This document shows, piece after piece, positions 39,320 to 42,329 of a stretch of 42,329 nt of DNA. Location of the stretch: NCBI GenBank assembly GCA_037380845.1, contig JARRRI010000029.1, positions 6,689-49,017 of the forward strand, read 5' to 3'. This stretch comes from Candidatus Sulfobium sp. GTDB taxonomy: Bacteria > Nitrospirota > Thermodesulfovibrionia > Thermodesulfovibrionales > UBA6898. A program made the position numbers and the translations under genes. A model generated the notes under the pieces. It was not told the DNA's origin. It worked only from the letters and a program-made list of their open reading frames with translations, and searched no databases. Numbering within the stretch: the first letter of the stretch is position 1; the number at the start of each line of letters is the position of its first letter.

Positions 39320-40993
39320 TCACAACTCCCCCCGCTGCGCGAGATAACCGATGCGGCCTGCGGTCCTTATTGCAAGGGCCTCGATTGTCAGAGAAGGGGA
39401 CTCTCCTCCGCCCGAACTCGGAAAAACACTCGCATCCGCGACGAAGAGGTTCCTCCAGCGGTGGCTCCGGCCGTACCCGTCAAGGACGGAGCTTTCCGGG
39501 TCCCGTCCCATCCGGCAGGTGCCGAAGACGTGGGTCGATGCAAAGAAATCGTAGGTGCCGAATTCCTCGATGATTTTCTCCACGCCCGAAGCGAGCAGTA
39601 TTTCGCGCGACTTCCTTGCCATAAACTCCAGACGCTTTATCTCCATCCCGGCAAGGCGGGTATTTATGCGGGCCACGGGCATGCCGAGTTGGTCTTCCTC
39701 ATAAGGATCGAGGTCGATATACGATCCCGGATTGGGGAGCGATTCGCCCATGGCGATGATGGTCAGGGCCCTTCCGAAAACGCGCCTCATTTCATCTTTG
39801 TGCTTCCTGCCCCACCCTCCGGCAACACGTTGAGCATAGCTGATCGGGCCCAGCAGTTCCGATTCCGGCGTCCCGGAGCAGAAACGGCACCCACCGACCA
39901 CCTCCGGGACAGAGTCCGGCGCGTTGAAATCCCAACAGACGCCGCCGACGGCTATGCCCCTGTAACTTCCGATCGGATCCGGGTGAATGCCGCTGGTCGA
40001 CCAGGCCACTGTCTCCATGAAATTCTTTCCGACCTGGCCGGATTCGTTCCCGAGCCCGTCGGGTGCGTAACGGTCCGCCGACGCCAGTAGAAGTCTGGGG
40101 GTCTCCACGGCACCGCAGGCAACGATCACCGTGCCCGGACTTAACCTGTGGTGTCCGCCTCTTCCATCCACATAATGTACGGCAACCACCCTGTCGTCGG
40201 GGCCGGCTTCCAGTCTGGTCGCCTGGGAATCGCTCCTGATTTCGCAGTAACCGGAGTCGACAGCTTTTCTGATAAACGTCACATCGGCGCTACCCTTGTC
40301 CGTCCTCATGCATCCCCGGTAACAGTTAGCGCAGTAGTTGCACTCCGGCCTGCCGTCGAAAGGATGGGACAAAATTGCTACGGAATTTTCCGTCCAGTTC
40401 AGACCGAGCGTGCGGCAACCGTCCCTGACTTTCATGCCGGCATAACTCAGCCTGTGGGGCGGAAGCGGATAGGGCTCACTCCTGAAGCGAACAGGGTCCC
40501 CCGCCGGGCCGGCAACGCCCGCGGCACGTTCCGCCAGGCAATAAAAAGGCTCAAGTTCCTCATATGACAGAGGCCAGTCGGAGCCGGCACCGAACCGACT
40601 ATGCATCTTCATTGCAGCTGGGTGAAGCCGCTGTGCTTCGCCGCTGAAGATCAGAGTGCTGCCCCCGACGCCTCTTTTGTGATGATAGGCCACGACCTTC
40701 CTCCGGCCCGTAGCATTTGCCCTGCCGGAAATATGGTTCCAGGATAAAAGGTCATCCCTGCCCGCGGCGAGTTCCTGCATCGGGCCGAAGGTATAACGAC
40801 TCTTGTGTCTTGCCCTCTCCGGGAACTGATGCTGTTCCCAGTCATGTCTGTCCAGGGGATACTCCGATGGCCTGTAACGAGGACCGGCTTCGAGCACAAG
40901 CACCCTTATCCTTTGCTGCGAAAGAGCCCATGCAGCGGCTCCTCCGCCGGCGCCCGAGCCGACTATGACAACATCAAATGACTGTTCGGCCAT
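39320..40993 (-). CDS. GMC family oxidoreductase flavoprotein
   Basis: GSGAGG, VGGST, CNYCANCYRGC, HVFGTCRMG, DASVFP. Confidence 0.92.
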   Translation of the reverse strand: MAEQSFDVVIVGSGAGGGAAAWALSQQRIRVLVLEAGPRYRPSEYPLDRHDWEQHQFPERARHKSRYTFGPMQELAAGRDDLLSWNHISGRANATGRRKVVAYHHKRGVGGSTLIFSGEAQRLHPAAMKMHSRFGAGSDWPLSYEELEPFYCLAERAAGVAGPAGDPVRFRSEPYPLPPHRLSYAGMKVRDGCRTLGLNWTENSVAILSHPFDGRPECNYCANCYRGCMRTDKGSADVTFIRKAVDSGYCEIRSDSQATRLEAGPDDRVVAVHYVDGRGGHHRLSPGTVIVACGAVETPRLLLASADRYAPDGLGNESGQVGKNFMETVAWSTSGIHPDPIGSYRGIAVGGVCWDFNAPDSVPEVVGGCRFCSGTPESELLGPISYAQRVAGGWGRKHKDEMRRVFGRALTIIAMGESLPNPGSYIDLDPYEEDQLGMPVARINTRLAGMEIKRLEFMARKSREILLASGVEKIIEEFGTYDFFASTHVFGTCRMGRDPESSVLDGYGRSHRWRNLFVADASVFPSSGGGESPSLTIEALAIRTAGRIGYLAQRGEL

Positions 40994-41508
40994 TACGAGA
41001 GGAGAGATTGCGGTTTCGTATAATCAGGATACCCGTCCGGCTGCGGAGGACCTTTGTATCCGAGGCCTTCCCAGCTCGCGGGATGCGCATAGTAGTGAAA
41101 AAAGGCGTACGCCCTTGTGCGCTCGAAGAAAATGCGGGGGACAGACCCTGCGGGCGCACCTGCAGACTCTTCAGCCACTTCTTCCCGCTCGCGCTCGCCA
41201 AGTGATGTAAATCCGTCTCTTCCCATCCTCCTCGCCCTCAGGTCGAGCCAACGACAGCCCTTCCTGACAAGTCTTCTGTACTGAGCATCTTCGGAAGCGG
41301 CGTGAAAAATCTTTTCCGGTACGCCGAGTTGCACCGCCCCCGGCGTTTGGTCCTGAGGAATAAGAGTATCGAGGTACGCCCCGAGAGTCCGGCGCTCCCC
41401 GGCACCCAGTTGGGCCGGCATGAAGACGTCTTTCAGGATATATCCCGAAGAGAAAAGCAGACCCGTCCCCAATGTCAATCTGAGGAAACTCCTGCGGCTT
41501 ATCGCCAT
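40993..41508 (-). CDS. Gluconate 2-dehydrogenase subunit 3 family protein with Tat signal
   Basis: SRRSFL twin-arginine motif, DTLIP...PGA, LGY.GP; stop overlaps the GMC start. Confidence 0.85.
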   Translation of the reverse strand: MAISRRSFLRLTLGTGLLFSSGYILKDVFMPAQLGAGERRTLGAYLDTLIPQDQTPGAVQLGVPEKIFHAASEDAQYRRLVRKGCRWLDLRARRMGRDGFTSLGEREREEVAEESAGAPAGSVPRIFFERTRAYAFFHYYAHPASWEGLGYKGPPQPDGYPDYTKPQSLLS

Positions 41509-41545
41509 ACTGCCTTAAAAGAAAGTCTTTCTAATAACAGCTGTC

Positions 41546-41722
41546 CTATTTGTTCCTCTTAAAAATGAAATAGAGTCCGCTTAATCCCATTGCGACAGCG
41601 GTCCCCACCATGCCCCATGGCGCAAGTGTCGGAACTGAAACGGGCTGCGGCGCCGTGATCCCCGCAGAAGCAGTTGCGGCACTCAGAAGAACCAGGGCAA
41701 GTGCAGACATAAAGGCTTTCAT
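41546..41722 (-). CDS. 58-aa protein: signal peptide + IPTL-CTERM-like sorting signal (not in ORF track)
   Basis: MKAFMSALALVLLSAATASA-GITAPQPVS-VPTLAPWGMVGTAVAMGLSGLYFIFKRNK; strong SD AAGGAGGAGG. Confidence 0.75.
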   Translation of the reverse strand: MKAFMSALALVLLSAATASAGITAPQPVSVPTLAPWGMVGTAVAMGLSGLYFIFKRNK

Positions 41723-41971
41723 ATCGAACCTCCTCCTTTAAAGTTCTCCTTTTTTATCATACCGGCGCTGCAAAGTCAATAAAATAAAACAAGCCGTCTC
41801 CCGGTCTGTTCTATTAAAAACCAGGTTTGCGCCGCAGGGACGGGACAGGGGTCACAGCGGACTCTTTTTAAGAGAGTTCAGCCGTATATATAAAGAAGTT
41901 AACATGCTACGGTCCCGGGGCAGGGAGACTCAAGGGGGGGTATCCTTAACATCGGGATTTCTGCGGGATTG

Positions 41972-42329
41972 TCATGACTTAACTACCTGATAACACCTGT
42001 CGCAGAGGTCAGGCTCGTCGGCGAAGGTGCCCACCTTTTCGCTCCAGTTCCAGCACCGCCGGCACTTGCTTCCGGAAGCCCGTTCAACCAGGACGTGGAG
42101 CCCTTCTACCACGGTGCCCTCATAAGAGCCCGGGGACTTTTCGCTGTCTATATCCACTGCGGAGACAAGAAAGAAGGAGGGAAGGAAGTCCGTGTAGCCC
42201 TCCAGAAGATTTCTTTCCTTTTCCGGCAGGTATATTCTCACCTTCGCCTCAAGGGAATTCCCGATAAACTTCTCGGCCCTCTTTATCTCCAGCGCCTTGT
42301 TGACGTCGTCTCTTACCGCAAGGAGCTTC
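41972..42329 (-). CDS. ileS: Isoleucine--tRNA ligase, 3' end (partial)
   Basis: VRDDVNKALE...IGNSLEAKV...KCRRCW...LCDRC zinc finger; runs off the window edge. Confidence 0.92.
   Translation of the reverse strand, partial: KLLAVRDDVNKALEIKRAEKFIGNSLEAKVRIYLPEKERNLLEGYTDFLPSFFLVSAVDIDSEKSPGSYEGTVVEGLHVLVERASGSKCRRCWNWSEKVGTFADEPDLCDRCYQVVKS

Overview
A 42.3 kb core-genome window from an anaerobic, GC-rich Gram-negative bacterium. Gene content suggests Nitrospirota (Thermodesulfovibrionia-like), which is inference only. In order it carries: two divergent M23 peptidases; a minus-strand run hpt-queD-pmbA-Zn-ADH-lsrF-acyl-CoA dehydrogenase-etfB-(ferredoxin)etfA-fabD; lysS-lolCE-lolD-yceI; tRNA-Gly(CCC); cobO; ino1 with a CDP-alcohol phosphatidyltransferase; mdh; clpC; TlpA; DUF4416; purN; SurA; a NuoE/NuoF-type, probably electron-bifurcating, selenocysteine formate dehydrogenase operon with a cNMP-binding protein and fhs; an HDAC; dusB; a Tat-dependent GMC oxidoreductase pair; and the 3' end of ileS. 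The less obvious features are: (1) in-frame UGA plus SECIS fusing two predicted ORFs into a 900-aa FdhA; (2) three genes that kept their 5' and 3' ends but lost their middles (ndk, a rhodanese-rubrerythrin fusion, a receiver-domain gene), with junctions centred on palindromes or inverted repeats; (3) two copies of a ~190 bp MITE bounded by TAG; (4) a ~215 nt nested-stem candidate ncRNA between the M23 genes and a 20 bp inverted repeat pair bracketing them; (5) small proteins, two of them missing from the ORF track (a 58-aa signal peptide + IPTL-CTERM protein and a 57-aa zinc ribbon) plus a desulforedoxin/histone-H1-like fusion; (6) several apparently leaderless genes. No CRISPR array, integrase, transposase or prophage was seen.
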